From: Tissierellia bacterium
GTDB lineage: Bacteria; Bacillota; Clostridia; Peptostreptococcales; Acidaminobacteraceae
Assembly (NCBI GenBank): GCA_012838225.1
Contig: DUPT01000038.1
Location: 10,557-74,556, forward strand
Direction of reading: 5' to 3'
DNA: 64,000 bases
Of this stretch, positions 18,197 through 27,918 are shown piece by piece; position 1 is the stretch's first letter, and every line of letters starts with the position of its first letter. The notes beneath the pieces were generated by a model. It saw only the letters and a program-made list of their open reading frames with translations. It was not told the DNA's origin and made no database searches. Made by a program: the position numbers and the translations under genes.

Positions 18197-19524
18197 GATC
18201 GGCTCCTTTGGGCCAGCGCCTTAAGATAGGCATGGGCCGGCTGTAGTAAGGTGTAGTTGACCAGGACATAGGCTACCTTCGGCTGAGCCTGAAGCAACTG
18301 ATCGATGGCTGCCCTCAGCTCCAGCACAAGCCGGCCCTCGATGCCATCGTATTTCAGTCTCAGCAGCATATCGGCTCCTCGGGCGCCGGTGGTGAGGATC
18401 TGTTTGACATCGGTCTTTTTCAGACGCTCAAAATCAACATCCCACAGCCACGAGACATCGCGTCCGTCTTGGGCTTCATCATTGATCCCCAGCAGCACCG
18501 CCTCAGCCGTGTCATCCGCCAGCAGGCTGTGGAGGTTTTGATTGAAGCCGGCCGGGTTCTTGGCCAGGTTTAGGATCAGCCTGGTCGGCCCGACCTGAAA
18601 GATCTCATTGCGGCCGGCTTTGGGCAAAAAGAGCTGTAGCTGTTGCGGCAACCGGTCGCGTTTTAGATCCAATAGATCGAAGGCGGCAATGACGGCGGCG
18701 AAATTATAGATATTATAAAAGCCCCGATACGCTATGGTGTAGGCTTGGCCGGCCAGCTTAAAAGATAAGCCATCGCTTAGATCGACCTCAGTGACTGCAT
18801 AATCGATCGCCGGCCGGTGAAAGCCGCAGGTGCAGTCATAGTGTCCTAGCTGTGAGTAGTGATAGAACTGATAATCAAGCGGCCGATCACAGACCGGACA
18901 AAAGGTGGCTTCTCTGGTTTCTTCGGTCTGTGCGAGCACGGGCTCGGTGATGCCAAAGGTAGAAAAGCTTCGACCGGAGGTCTGAGCCAGGTGGACGCAT
19001 AAGGGATCATCGCCATTGACCAGCAGCCGAAGATCAGGCTTTCGCTCGATGGCTTCCAGCAGGTACTCCATGGTGGTATCGATCTCGCCATAGCGATCGA
19101 GCTGATCGCGAAACAGGTTGGTGATGATCATCAGATCCACCGGCAGGTGCTTGATGGTATGTCTGGCCCAAGCCTCATCGCTCTCTAAGAAGGCCAGATC
19201 GGCCTCGATCCGACCACCGCGGCTGGCCAGTATATAGCTTCCGGCGACGCCCTCGGTCAGATTGGCTCCGGTGCGATTGGCTACGACGCGATAGCCGTTT
19301 TGTTCCGAGAGATCGGCTAAGAGATTGTTGACGGTCGTTTTGCCATTGGTTCCACAGACCATGACCGTGGCCTGACTCACCTGATGACTCAAGTCACGCA
19401 AAATACCCGGAGACAGCCGAAGGCCGATCGTCCCGGGTAGATTTTGTCCTTGTTTTCCGATCAAACGGCTCATCCGGGAGGCCAGTTTGGCGCCCGTGAT
19501 GGCCAGTCGTTGCGTCACATTCAT
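18193..19524 (-). CDS. murT: lipid II isoglutaminyl synthase, Mur-ligase-like subunit MurT
   Basis: CGTNGKTT P-loop and Cys4 ribbon CPVC...CTCG. The C-terminal DUF1727-like part pairs with gatD. Confidence 0.85.
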   Translation of the reverse strand: MNVTQRLAITGAKLASRMSRLIGKQGQNLPGTIGLRLSPGILRDLSHQVSQATVMVCGTNGKTTVNNLLADLSEQNGYRVVANRTGANLTEGVAGSYILASRGGRIEADLAFLESDEAWARHTIKHLPVDLMIITNLFRDQLDRYGEIDTTMEYLLEAIERKPDLRLLVNGDDPLCVHLAQTSGRSFSTFGITEPVLAQTEETREATFCPVCDRPLDYQFYHYSQLGHYDCTCGFHRPAIDYAVTEVDLSDGLSFKLAGQAYTIAYRGFYNIYNFAAVIAAFDLLDLKRDRLPQQLQLFLPKAGRNEIFQVGPTRLILNLAKNPAGFNQNLHSLLADDTAEAVLLGINDEAQDGRDVSWLWDVDFERLKKTDVKQILTTGARGADMLLRLKYDGIEGRLVLELRAAIDQLLQAQPKVAYVLVNYTLLQPAHAYLKALAQRSRS

Positions 19525-19525
19525 C

Positions 19526-20767
19526 CTATTCCTTCAACCCCGTCAGCGGTTGGAGATCGAGCAATTCGAGCACTCCGTGGTGCGCCTCGGTGATCCGTTG
19601 GCGGGTCACCTCATCCACCCGATCACTGTACTGACCGCCCTCAATAAAATCAGCTGTCAGATAGGTCTGGTATAAGAACAACTCATACCCCTCGGGCGAA
19701 TAGAGCCCATTGGGCGTCCGGTCGACCCAGGTGACGTGTGGGATGATCGATTCGATCACGACCGGTCCGTCGCCGACCTTTTTCAGATTGACCTCGGGGA
19801 TGACGCCCCGCTCGGTCCAGACATCATCGACCGTTTCGATTCGCTGATTTGAGATCAGATTGCCCATCGAATAGATGATGAATTTATCATAGCCGTCCTT
19901 TTGGACAATCTCGGTCGGCTGAACGACGTGGGGATGGCCGCCAAAAATGATATCAGCCCCCCACTCGATCATCTGATGATACGTATCGATCTGCTCCTGG
20001 GTCGGCTCAAGCCAGTACTCGTTGCCCATCTGAGGCATGATGATCGTGACATCGGCCAGCTCTTCCGCCCGTTCGATCTCAGATCGCATCCTCTCGGGAT
20101 CGAGGTCTTTTAGATGAGCGTCATACTCTTCTTGGGTCAAGAGCGACTCCATGCCGTTAAAGCCATAGACATAGCCCAGCAGCGCGACCTTGATGCCATT
20201 GACGTCCTTGATCAGGATATCTTCCTCACCGGTTTGGACACCGAAGACATCGATCCCGCCGTCGCGAAAGGCCTGAGCGGTCGAGAACAGCCCCGGCAGA
20301 TGTGAGTCCAGGATATGATTGTGCGCCAACGACATGGCATCATAGCCGGCATCTTTGATCGCCGGTACCACCTCAGGCGGGGCGTTAAAGATCGGATAGC
20401 CGGCTAAGGGGAAATCCGGTGAGATGGTGCCCTCAAAATCACCGATCGCCAGATCGGCTGAAGAGATCAAGGGCTTGATATATTCATAGTTTTCATGATA
20501 GTCGTAGCTGCCGGTCTCGGGATCATAACCGCTTAAATAGACCTGCAGATGATATAGGATATCGCCGCTGGCCATGATCTTGGCTGTCCGGACGGTCGTA
20601 TCGACCTCGGGCTCCGGAGTCGCCTCACCCGATTCTTCCTCCGGGGGCTCGACCTCAGTAACATCGACCACTTCATCGGCCGATGGACCATTATCGTTTT
20701 TTCCGTCGACCATCACCAGGGCGACGATCAGCACAATAATTAAGAAAACCAAAGCTATTAAACGCAT
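19526..20767 (-). CDS. CapA-family (PGA_cap) metallophosphoesterase-like membrane-anchored protein
   Basis: N-terminal TM, acidic EP-rich linker, HNHILD and GGHPHV motifs. Start at ATG 20767, behind GAGGTGGAGGAAAAG. Confidence 0.75.
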   Translation of the reverse strand: MRLIALVFLIIVLIVALVMVDGKNDNGPSADEVVDVTEVEPPEEESGEATPEPEVDTTVRTAKIMASGDILYHLQVYLSGYDPETGSYDYHENYEYIKPLISSADLAIGDFEGTISPDFPLAGYPIFNAPPEVVPAIKDAGYDAMSLAHNHILDSHLPGLFSTAQAFRDGGIDVFGVQTGEEDILIKDVNGIKVALLGYVYGFNGMESLLTQEEYDAHLKDLDPERMRSEIERAEELADVTIIMPQMGNEYWLEPTQEQIDTYHQMIEWGADIIFGGHPHVVQPTEIVQKDGYDKFIIYSMGNLISNQRIETVDDVWTERGVIPEVNLKKVGDGPVVIESIIPHVTWVDRTPNGLYSPEGYELFLYQTYLTADFIEGGQYSDRVDEVTRQRITEAHHGVLELLDLQPLTGLKE

Positions 20768-20825
20768 ATTCTTTTCCTCCACCTCAGACAATTTTATCAT
20801 TATTCACCCGATCTTGCCACCTCAG

Positions 20826-20846
20826 AAAAAAAAGCCCCGGAGGGCT
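20826..20846 (-). terminator. intrinsic terminator ending the ornithine cluster
   Basis: Minus strand AGCCC-TCCG-GGGCT followed by T8, 20 nt after the orr stop. Confidence 0.6.
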
Positions 20847-20865
20847 GATGATTCTTAGTTATGAT

Positions 20866-21918
20866 CTAGCGAAATACCTTCTCGACATAGCCTGAGGTCA
20901 TCAGTTGAAGCAGTCCGCCATACTCCATCTGAAAGCTTAGGATATCACCGACCTGATAGGCACCATTCTTCAGATCGACGATGGTGTGATCAGAGCTGGC
21001 GCCCATCAGCTCGACTCCGGGCGGGGCTTCGAGATAGCCGTAGTTGACGTCTTGCTTGCCGACAGCCAGGATGCCTCGGAGCATGAGGCCTCGGTCCTCA
21101 TGGTTTGGTACCTCACCAAAGGCGTCTCGTCCGATCTCGCCCCATGGCAGCGACGGCTTTTGCTTGACCTCGATCAGTTCGGCCTCAAGCGTGAAGACAT
21201 CGGTATACATCCCGGGCAGGGTGTTGCCCATGGCGCTCTCTCGGCTCAGCACGATCGCTTCCCCGATCCGCAGCATATTGATCTCGGGCGGGATGTCGCC
21301 TTGATCGAGCAGATAGAGTGACGAGGTATTACCGCCGCTGATGATCGGCACCGCATAGCCCAACCTGTCCTCCAGTTTTTTGTGACAGGCGACCAATTCC
21401 GTTAGGTTTTCCTCGGTCGGAAGCACACCGCCATAGCAGGTCAGGTTGGTGCCGATCCCGCTGAAGCGGGCACGTTTTAGGTCCGGGAGTTGACTGAGAA
21501 ATTCATCCAGCTCGGTGACCAATACACCTTCTCTCAGATCCCCCAGGTCGATCATCAGGATCATCTCATAGTCTTTATCCAGCCTCTGGGCCGTCTGATC
21601 GATCCGCCGGATGGTGGCGATCTCTGACACCAGTGCGGCATCGGAGCTTGTCACCACCCGCTCGATCTGAGACAGCATCGGCAATCGGACCAAGAGTTTT
21701 TTGAGGGGCAACGCTGTCCGCTCGAGGTTTTCGATCCTAGAGTCGGCGATCATCTCGATGCCCTCTTCATAGTAGATCTTCACCATCTCGGGCAGGCCTA
21801 AAAAGACCTTCGTCACCGGCACCAAGGTGATGCCGTGTTGATCCAGTTTTTGTTTCATGGTCCTGACATTGTGGCGCAGCTTCGCCAGATCGATCGTCAG
21901 TCTAGGATACATCGTCAC
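20866..21918 (-). CDS. orr: ornithine racemase (alanine-racemase-fold PLP enzyme)
   Basis: 350 aa. The N-terminus YPRLTIDLAKLRHNVRTM and the VTKV Lys motif are typical of Orr. It is the last gene of the ord/ort/ora cluster. Confidence 0.8.
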   Translation of the reverse strand: MTMYPRLTIDLAKLRHNVRTMKQKLDQHGITLVPVTKVFLGLPEMVKIYYEEGIEMIADSRIENLERTALPLKKLLVRLPMLSQIERVVTSSDAALVSEIATIRRIDQTAQRLDKDYEMILMIDLGDLREGVLVTELDEFLSQLPDLKRARFSGIGTNLTCYGGVLPTEENLTELVACHKKLEDRLGYAVPIISGGNTSSLYLLDQGDIPPEINMLRIGEAIVLSRESAMGNTLPGMYTDVFTLEAELIEVKQKPSLPWGEIGRDAFGEVPNHEDRGLMLRGILAVGKQDVNYGYLEAPPGVELMGASSDHTIVDLKNGAYQVGDILSFQMEYGGLLQLMTSGYVEKVFR

Positions 21919-23281
21919 CTCCTACCATCTGCAGGGTCTGTTTGAGCAGGCTAAGGGCGCCTTGTTTATGAGTGAGTGAGAGTACGCCGAGTGAAGCCAT
22001 GATATAGTCATGGTCGATCAAGACCTTGACGCCTTCATTGGGCAATAGCTTATTGCCGGGATTGGATCGCGGGATGGCCGCCAGGATCTGCTTTGTCTTA
22101 GGCAGACGCGTCAGAGCCCCGCCGGTGCCGATGATGGTATGGATATTGGTCAGATCCTTGCCGATGGCCACGCTCTTTTTGCCACCGGTATAGTAGAGAT
22201 CCTTGAGGCCGCCGCTGTGGCGATGGGTCGAAACGATCGCTGCCACCTCGGTCAGGGCATAGACCAGTTTTTTCTCATTAACGCTGACCGGTATGGCTTG
22301 ATAGTCTTCGATCAAATGGGCCAGCTCCGCTTCACTCAGACCGGTCTTTTTCATCAGCTCCGATCGATTGGTCAGGTTGAGCAGGTTTTCCCGGTTGATA
22401 TAGAGGCCGAGATCCCCTTCGACGGTTCGCTTACTGATCGGCTCGGGGGCGATCTGGAGCCGAGTGATCTCCTCTGAGCCTTCGGTGACCGAGTGGACAT
22501 CGGTGGTCGCCCCGCCGACATCGATCGTTAAGACATCGCCCAACTCCTCCGCCAACAGCTCCGTCGCCAGCATCACCGAGCCCGGCGTCGGGATGATCTT
22601 GGAATCGATCATATCGCGGATCTTCTCCATCCCTTTGGCGTGGATGATGTGATCCTCGAACACCTTCTGGATGACCTCCCGGGTCGGCAAGACATTGAGC
22701 TCATCGATCGACGGATAGACATTCTCAACGATAAACAGCTGATCGGCCTGACCGGCCTGGTCGAACATCAGCTTGATCTCCGCTTGATTCTCGATATTTC
22801 CGGCATAGATCACCGGGATCGACAGGCCGAGGCTCAGGATCATCTCGGCATTATGCAGGGCCGTTTCTCGCTCGCCGTAGTCGACGCCGCCGGCCAATAG
22901 GATGATATTGGGATCGATCTCTTTCACCTTGATCAGATCCGTTTGACGCATCCGACCCGAGGTGATCATTTTGATATTGGCGCCGGCCCCCAGTGCCGCC
23001 TCCTTTGCCGCCTTGACGGTCATATCATGGACCAGACCGTGAACGGTCATCTTCAGTCCGCCGGCGGCCGATGAGGTCGCCAGCATCGATTGATAGGGGC
23101 CTTGGATGCCGGTCTGCTTTTCCAGATCAGTGATGGCTTGTTGGAGTCCGATCGTCACATCGCCTTGGGCGACACTGGTCGGAGCCTGACCGCCGCCGAC
23201 AAAGACCGGCCGGTCGGTATCGAGACCGCTGAAGGCATTGACGAGTGTAGTGGTCGAACCGATTTCAAAGACGAGTATCAT
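21902..23281 (-). CDS. GlmL/MutL-like ATPase, probable reactivase/chaperone for D-ornithine aminomutase
   Basis: ASKHA-like motifs FEIGSTTT...DVGGATTDVHS. 459 aa. The position between oraE and orr matches described ornithine clusters. Confidence 0.7.
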   Translation of the reverse strand: MILVFEIGSTTTLVNAFSGLDTDRPVFVGGGQAPTSVAQGDVTIGLQQAITDLEKQTGIQGPYQSMLATSSAAGGLKMTVHGLVHDMTVKAAKEAALGAGANIKMITSGRMRQTDLIKVKEIDPNIILLAGGVDYGERETALHNAEMILSLGLSIPVIYAGNIENQAEIKLMFDQAGQADQLFIVENVYPSIDELNVLPTREVIQKVFEDHIIHAKGMEKIRDMIDSKIIPTPGSVMLATELLAEELGDVLTIDVGGATTDVHSVTEGSEEITRLQIAPEPISKRTVEGDLGLYINRENLLNLTNRSELMKKTGLSEAELAHLIEDYQAIPVSVNEKKLVYALTEVAAIVSTHRHSGGLKDLYYTGGKKSVAIGKDLTNIHTIIGTGGALTRLPKTKQILAAIPRSNPGNKLLPNEGVKVLIDHDYIMASLGVLSLTHKQGALSLLKQTLQMVGGDDVS

Positions 23282-23290
23282 ACAACCTCC

Positions 23291-23854
23291 CTAGCTGGTT
23301 CGGGCAGGCACAGCTCTCCGGCTGATCGGCCACAGTCTGACCCCCAGGCCGGCGGCGACGGCGCTTAGCGCCAGATCGCCCGGTAGGGGGATAAAGACCG
23401 CCGCCATCAGCAGTCCTTTCAGACTTAAGACATTGCCCAAAACGAGTGAATTGATTATAAAAACATAGACCACGCCGATGGTATAGACCACCACCAGTCC
23501 GGCCAAGGCTGCCAGGAGCAGTCGAAGAAAGCTCGGCCTCGCCGGCTGAGATGACAGCCTGCCGGTAATATAGCTACCCAAAATAAAGCCTAACAGATAG
23601 CCGAAGGTCGGCTGAAAGATATAGCCCGGTCCCCCACCCTGGGTGAATACCGGGATGCCGATCAGTCCGATCAGGACATAGAGACCGACGCTGAGCGCTC
23701 CCAGCTTCGGCCCGAGGATCAAGCCGGCCATGGTCGTAAAGAATAATTGCAGTGTCACATTGACATAGGGCGTCGGGATCCGGATAAAGGCACCGATCGC
23801 CGAGAGTGCGGTAAATAGTCCCACCAGGACTAATTGCTTGGTTGTCAGTTTCAT
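23291..23854 (-). CDS. bioY: BioY-family (ECF S-component-like) membrane transporter
   Basis: NVTLQLFFTTMAGLILGPKLGALSVGLYVLIGLIGIPVFTQGGGPGYIFQPTFGYLLGF matches the BioY signature. Start at ATG 23854, behind GGGAGGAAAC. Confidence 0.75.
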   Translation of the reverse strand: MKLTTKQLVLVGLFTALSAIGAFIRIPTPYVNVTLQLFFTTMAGLILGPKLGALSVGLYVLIGLIGIPVFTQGGGPGYIFQPTFGYLLGFILGSYITGRLSSQPARPSFLRLLLAALAGLVVVYTIGVVYVFIINSLVLGNVLSLKGLLMAAVFIPLPGDLALSAVAAGLGVRLWPISRRAVPARTS

Positions 23855-23887
23855 GTTTCCTCCCGTTTCAACTAGTCTTATCCTAAC

Positions 23888-23931
23888 GGGAGAAAAGGAG
23901 AAAGTCAACCGTCACTTTTGTGACGGTTGAC
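23888..23931 (-). terminator. strong intra-cluster hairpin / partial terminator between oraE and the bioY-like gene
   Basis: 12-bp perfect stem GTCAACCGTCAC-aaaa-GTGACGGTTGAC followed by TTTCTCCTTTTCT on the minus strand. Confidence 0.55.
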
Positions 23932-23939
23932 AATTCAGT

Positions 23940-26144
23940 CTATCGGTTCATTTCCCGGCGACGTTCGACCAGGGCGGTCGCGACATGCGCTCCCTTGGTC
24001 CCGCGGCCAAAGCCGGCATCCATGCCGTGCTCGACGGCATACTCGGGTGTGACCTGGGTGCCACCGGCAATGATGATCAGTTTGTCCCGGACGCCGCGTT
24101 CGGTCGCGTAGTCATGGACCTTTTGCATATTCTTGTAGTGGATATCATCGTGCGAGATGATGGAGCTGATCAGGATCGCATCGGCATCGATCTCGATCGC
24201 GGCATCGACGAATTTTTGGACCGGAACGCTGGTGCCGAGGTATTCGACCTCGATGCCCCACTTCTCGATCCCGCCGTGCTTGATATCGATGATCTCGCGC
24301 AGTCCGACCGAGTGCTCGTCTTCGCCGATGGTACCGGCGACGACCTTCATCCGGTTGGTCTCAAGCTCGGCCCACAGCTCATCGTCTGACAGGACGGCCT
24401 TTTCCTCCGGGATCTCGAGCTGGTCGGTATCGACCACATGATTGGTATGGCCCTTCACCTGAACTCGGGTGCCCTCTGAGGGATGCATCACTTCGACGTG
24501 GATGACCTCGACCTCCTCGAGCTTCATATCCAAAGCGTATTCGATGGCGGCCGCCTTAGCCACCTTGGCATCGACCGGCAAGAACAGATCGATCGTCACG
24601 GTGCCATCGGCCAGCCACTCGACCTCGGGCATGATGAGATTGGTGTTGCGGTAGGCTTCCTTCTCTTTTAGCCGGACATTGACATTGTCCTCGGGATCGA
24701 GCTCATCGATATACTGGATCTTGTCGCGGACCTCAAAGGTGTCGCCGCCGATCAATTGACTGGCGTGTTCATTATCGACGCCGTACTGCTCGGTATTGTT
24801 GTTGCCGAAGTGAGCGGTGACCGGTGCCATATAGTTGGCTTCGCGTTTAAACAGCGTGCCGGCACCGATGCCGCCATCGATCTGGCGGGCGATCCCGTCG
24901 CCATTACGCTCCGGATACTCACCGGAATCGACAAACATGCCGCGTTCGACCGATTCGAAATAGCCGCCCATCTCGATCATCTCCTCGAGATAGAGGATGG
25001 CACGTTCTTTGATCTCACGGGCCTTCTCACGCAGCGGTCCGTCGCTCTTTAGCTCGATCATCTCCATCAGACCATCGAGACCGACCAGGGTCTGCTTGGC
25101 CGTATCACAGGCTTCGATATTGTACATATGCCACGGCACATTTCGGCCCTCATCCGGGGTGATGGTCGATTGGATATCGGCACTGGTCAGGCGTGAGATC
25201 AGCATATTCAACACATGCGTCACGGTCGCCTCCCGGTTGGATGAGGTGACGTATTTGGTGTTCATCTGTGCCCGCATCTTGTACTTATCGAAGAAATCGC
25301 GCAGTGCGACGGCATAGGGCAGGTCGTAGCGCAGTGTCGGGATCGGTGAGGCAGTCGGCGGCACGGTCGAGAGCGAGATATTGTTCGGCTTGATGCCGCT
25401 TTGCTCCGAGAACCAGCTGTTGATGCCGTGTTGGACCATCAGCTCCGGCATGACCTTCCAGGCATCGCGGGCGGTGGCATTGGCATTGTGTGCCCCATCG
25501 ATCTGGTTGATGTCGCCCCAGGCCATGATCTTTTTGGCTTCGGCGGCATCGACAAACGAGCGGACCATATTGATATTTCGATACAGCACATTGTACTGCG
25601 GGTCCTGGTGTGCGCCGTTGACGCCTTCTTCGGCAAACATGACGGCGATCTCGGGACCGGCCACGCCAGAGACATAGGAGTGGTAGTTGATCTCACGACC
25701 AACTTCTTCTTCGATCAGATCCAAGGCTTTACGGTGAGCTCTCACCTGCTTGCGGGTGATCGGGACGCCGCCGATGCCTTGGGGGGTGCCTTCGATCAAG
25801 CCGTCATAGTGGCTCTGACCGGCAGTCCGGATGACCATGATATGGTCGGCCCCGTGCCAGGCGGCCATACGCATCCGGCGGATATCGTCTTCAAAGCGGC
25901 CCGACGCGATCTCGGTGGTGATGGTTTCTTTCGGTTGGGGGTCGAGATTGTCGAAATAACCGACACCGGCCGGAATGGCCACGCTGTTTTTTAGCGGCGT
26001 CGAGGCATCCTTATAGACGTGACCGCCCATTTCGATCTCCTCGTGATTGCGCCAGACCCAGCCACGGCGTTTCGGGGCGTATTGATCGAGATCTTTTAGG
26101 ATCTCATGAATATCGAGTTTGACATTGGGCTCGAGTTTTTTCAT
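23940..26144 (-). CDS. oraE: D-ornithine 4,5-aminomutase beta subunit (AdoCbl- and PLP-binding)
   Basis: 734 aa. C-terminal B12-binding Rossmann domain (EDEHSVGLREI...). 4-nt overlap with oraS. Confidence 0.9.
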   Translation of the reverse strand: MKKLEPNVKLDIHEILKDLDQYAPKRRGWVWRNHEEIEMGGHVYKDASTPLKNSVAIPAGVGYFDNLDPQPKETITTEIASGRFEDDIRRMRMAAWHGADHIMVIRTAGQSHYDGLIEGTPQGIGGVPITRKQVRAHRKALDLIEEEVGREINYHSYVSGVAGPEIAVMFAEEGVNGAHQDPQYNVLYRNINMVRSFVDAAEAKKIMAWGDINQIDGAHNANATARDAWKVMPELMVQHGINSWFSEQSGIKPNNISLSTVPPTASPIPTLRYDLPYAVALRDFFDKYKMRAQMNTKYVTSSNREATVTHVLNMLISRLTSADIQSTITPDEGRNVPWHMYNIEACDTAKQTLVGLDGLMEMIELKSDGPLREKAREIKERAILYLEEMIEMGGYFESVERGMFVDSGEYPERNGDGIARQIDGGIGAGTLFKREANYMAPVTAHFGNNNTEQYGVDNEHASQLIGGDTFEVRDKIQYIDELDPEDNVNVRLKEKEAYRNTNLIMPEVEWLADGTVTIDLFLPVDAKVAKAAAIEYALDMKLEEVEVIHVEVMHPSEGTRVQVKGHTNHVVDTDQLEIPEEKAVLSDDELWAELETNRMKVVAGTIGEDEHSVGLREIIDIKHGGIEKWGIEVEYLGTSVPVQKFVDAAIEIDADAILISSIISHDDIHYKNMQKVHDYATERGVRDKLIIIAGGTQVTPEYAVEHGMDAGFGRGTKGAHVATALVERRREMNR

Positions 26145-26515
26145 TTGACGCCTCCTTTCAGCTGCTCGGCTACTTCATCCCAGTATTTTCCGTCTAACAT
26201 GTCCAGGCCGGCTTGGCGGATATCGCCATCGGTCTGTTTGGCCGCCAGATAGACGGCGTGACCGGCACCGTAGCCCATCAGGCCCTGATCGATCATCTGA
26301 TCGACCAGGCCATCGGCTTCGATGCTCGAAAAGCCCATCCGTAACAGAACACTTCGCTCGATCGAGGGAGAGGTGTTCTCCTTGGCCATCTTCAGCAGCG
26401 GCTGGACGATCTGATCGATCTTGTCCCAGAACAGCTTCTTTAGCTCCTCATCGGATAAGCCTTCCAGGTGTTTGCGACGATTAAGAAAATCGTCTTCGCG
26501 CTGAAATCCTTTCAT
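26141..26515 (-). CDS. oraS: D-ornithine 4,5-aminomutase alpha (small) subunit
   Basis: 124 aa containing TSPSIERSVLLRMGFSSIEA...GLMGYGAGH, characteristic of OraS. Confidence 0.9.
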   Translation of the reverse strand: MKGFQREDDFLNRRKHLEGLSDEELKKLFWDKIDQIVQPLLKMAKENTSPSIERSVLLRMGFSSIEADGLVDQMIDQGLMGYGAGHAVYLAAKQTDGDIRQAGLDMLDGKYWDEVAEQLKGGVK

Positions 26516-27918
26516 TAAGCGTCTCCATTCAACAGGGTTTCGAGTTTTTCATCGTCGACTTTGAGCTCTTCTTTTAAGAAGGTGCGCTCCAGCTCACTCA
26601 GCTCCCGGCCCTCCATCTTCGGCCGCAGATTTTTCAGATAGCTCTTTCTCATCCGATCGACATCGAGCGGGGTGGCTTTGATCAAGCCGGCGTTTTCAGG
26701 CAGGATGATGCTCTCACCCGGCACCTGCTCTTCAGGATTGCCGAATTTGACTTCGATGCCGTTTTCGCGAGCAAAGCTCAGCTGCGGATTGATGTGTTTG
26801 CCGGCACCGGTGTATTCGGTCTCCTGGACCAGGATGATCTCATCTTCCTTCATCTCTTGAGCCAGGGCAAAGGCCACCGCCAAGGAGGTATTCCCGGCCG
26901 GACCGCGCTCGAGACCCTCGAGATTGGCCAGGGCTTCGGTCATGAAGAAGACATCGCCTTGGGTGACCGTATAGTATTCATCGATATAGCGCAGCGGACG
27001 GGCGGCTGAGCGCGGCACGTCGCTTCGGTCGGGATTGGTGCTAAACGGCACACCGAATCCGGTATGACCGGTGGTGAAGCTCTTGCGGTTAAAGGCGGTG
27101 TCACTGGCCATGTGAAGACCCGACAGATCGACCGAGGCGGCCACGATGCGGGTATCGATGGCACCGGCTTTGATCAGGCCGCGGGCCGTTCCGGTGAGGT
27201 TTCCGCCGCCGGCATTGGTGATGACGACAGCCTCGGGATCCTTACCGTATTTTTCGCGGCAATCGGTGGCGATCTCATAGCCCAGGGTCTCAACACCGGC
27301 AATGCCGAAGGGTGAATAGAGCGAGGCATTGAAATAGCCGGTGTCCTTTAACAGTTTTAAGAAGGTGCTAAACAGCTCCGGTCCGACCGAGAGTTGGAAC
27401 ACTTCGGCCCCATAGGCCTCACAGGCCCGGGCTTTTTCGACGATCTCGGGTTGACCGACGTGACGGCTGTCATACGTTTCTTGGACAACGATACAATCGA
27501 GGCCTTCCTTGGCTGCCAGGGAGGCGACCGCCGCCCCGTAGTTACCGGAGGTGGCTGTCAGGATGCCCTTATAGCCGAGGCGTTTGGCCTCATAGACCGA
27601 GACACTGGCCCGGCGGGCTTTAAAGCTGCCCGAGGGATTGGTGGCTTCGTCCTTTATCATGATCCGGGCACCGTAGCCGGGTTTGGCGTATTTACGGGCC
27701 AGCTTGGTCAGGTTGTAGAGTTCGATGATCGGGGTGTTACCGACAAAGAAATGGGCTTGGATCTCCTGCAGTTCTTCGATAGTATAGCCCGACTCACGCA
27801 TCATGCGCTCATAGTCGAAGGCCACGCCCTCTTGTTCAAAAATGTCATAGTCGATGCCGATGGCTTCCTTCATTATGACATTCTTCTCTTGAAGAATTTG
27901 ATCGGCTTTACTACTCAT
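26515..27918 (-). CDS. ortB: 2-amino-4-ketopentanoate thiolase beta subunit (PLP, Trp-synthase-beta fold)
   Basis: NPSGSFKARRA PLP-lysine motif. 467 aa. Overlaps ortA by 8 nt. Confidence 0.85.
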   Translation of the reverse strand: MSSKADQILQEKNVIMKEAIGIDYDIFEQEGVAFDYERMMRESGYTIEELQEIQAHFFVGNTPIIELYNLTKLARKYAKPGYGARIMIKDEATNPSGSFKARRASVSVYEAKRLGYKGILTATSGNYGAAVASLAAKEGLDCIVVQETYDSRHVGQPEIVEKARACEAYGAEVFQLSVGPELFSTFLKLLKDTGYFNASLYSPFGIAGVETLGYEIATDCREKYGKDPEAVVITNAGGGNLTGTARGLIKAGAIDTRIVAASVDLSGLHMASDTAFNRKSFTTGHTGFGVPFSTNPDRSDVPRSAARPLRYIDEYYTVTQGDVFFMTEALANLEGLERGPAGNTSLAVAFALAQEMKEDEIILVQETEYTGAGKHINPQLSFARENGIEVKFGNPEEQVPGESIILPENAGLIKATPLDVDRMRKSYLKNLRPKMEGRELSELERTFLKEELKVDDEKLETLLNGDA

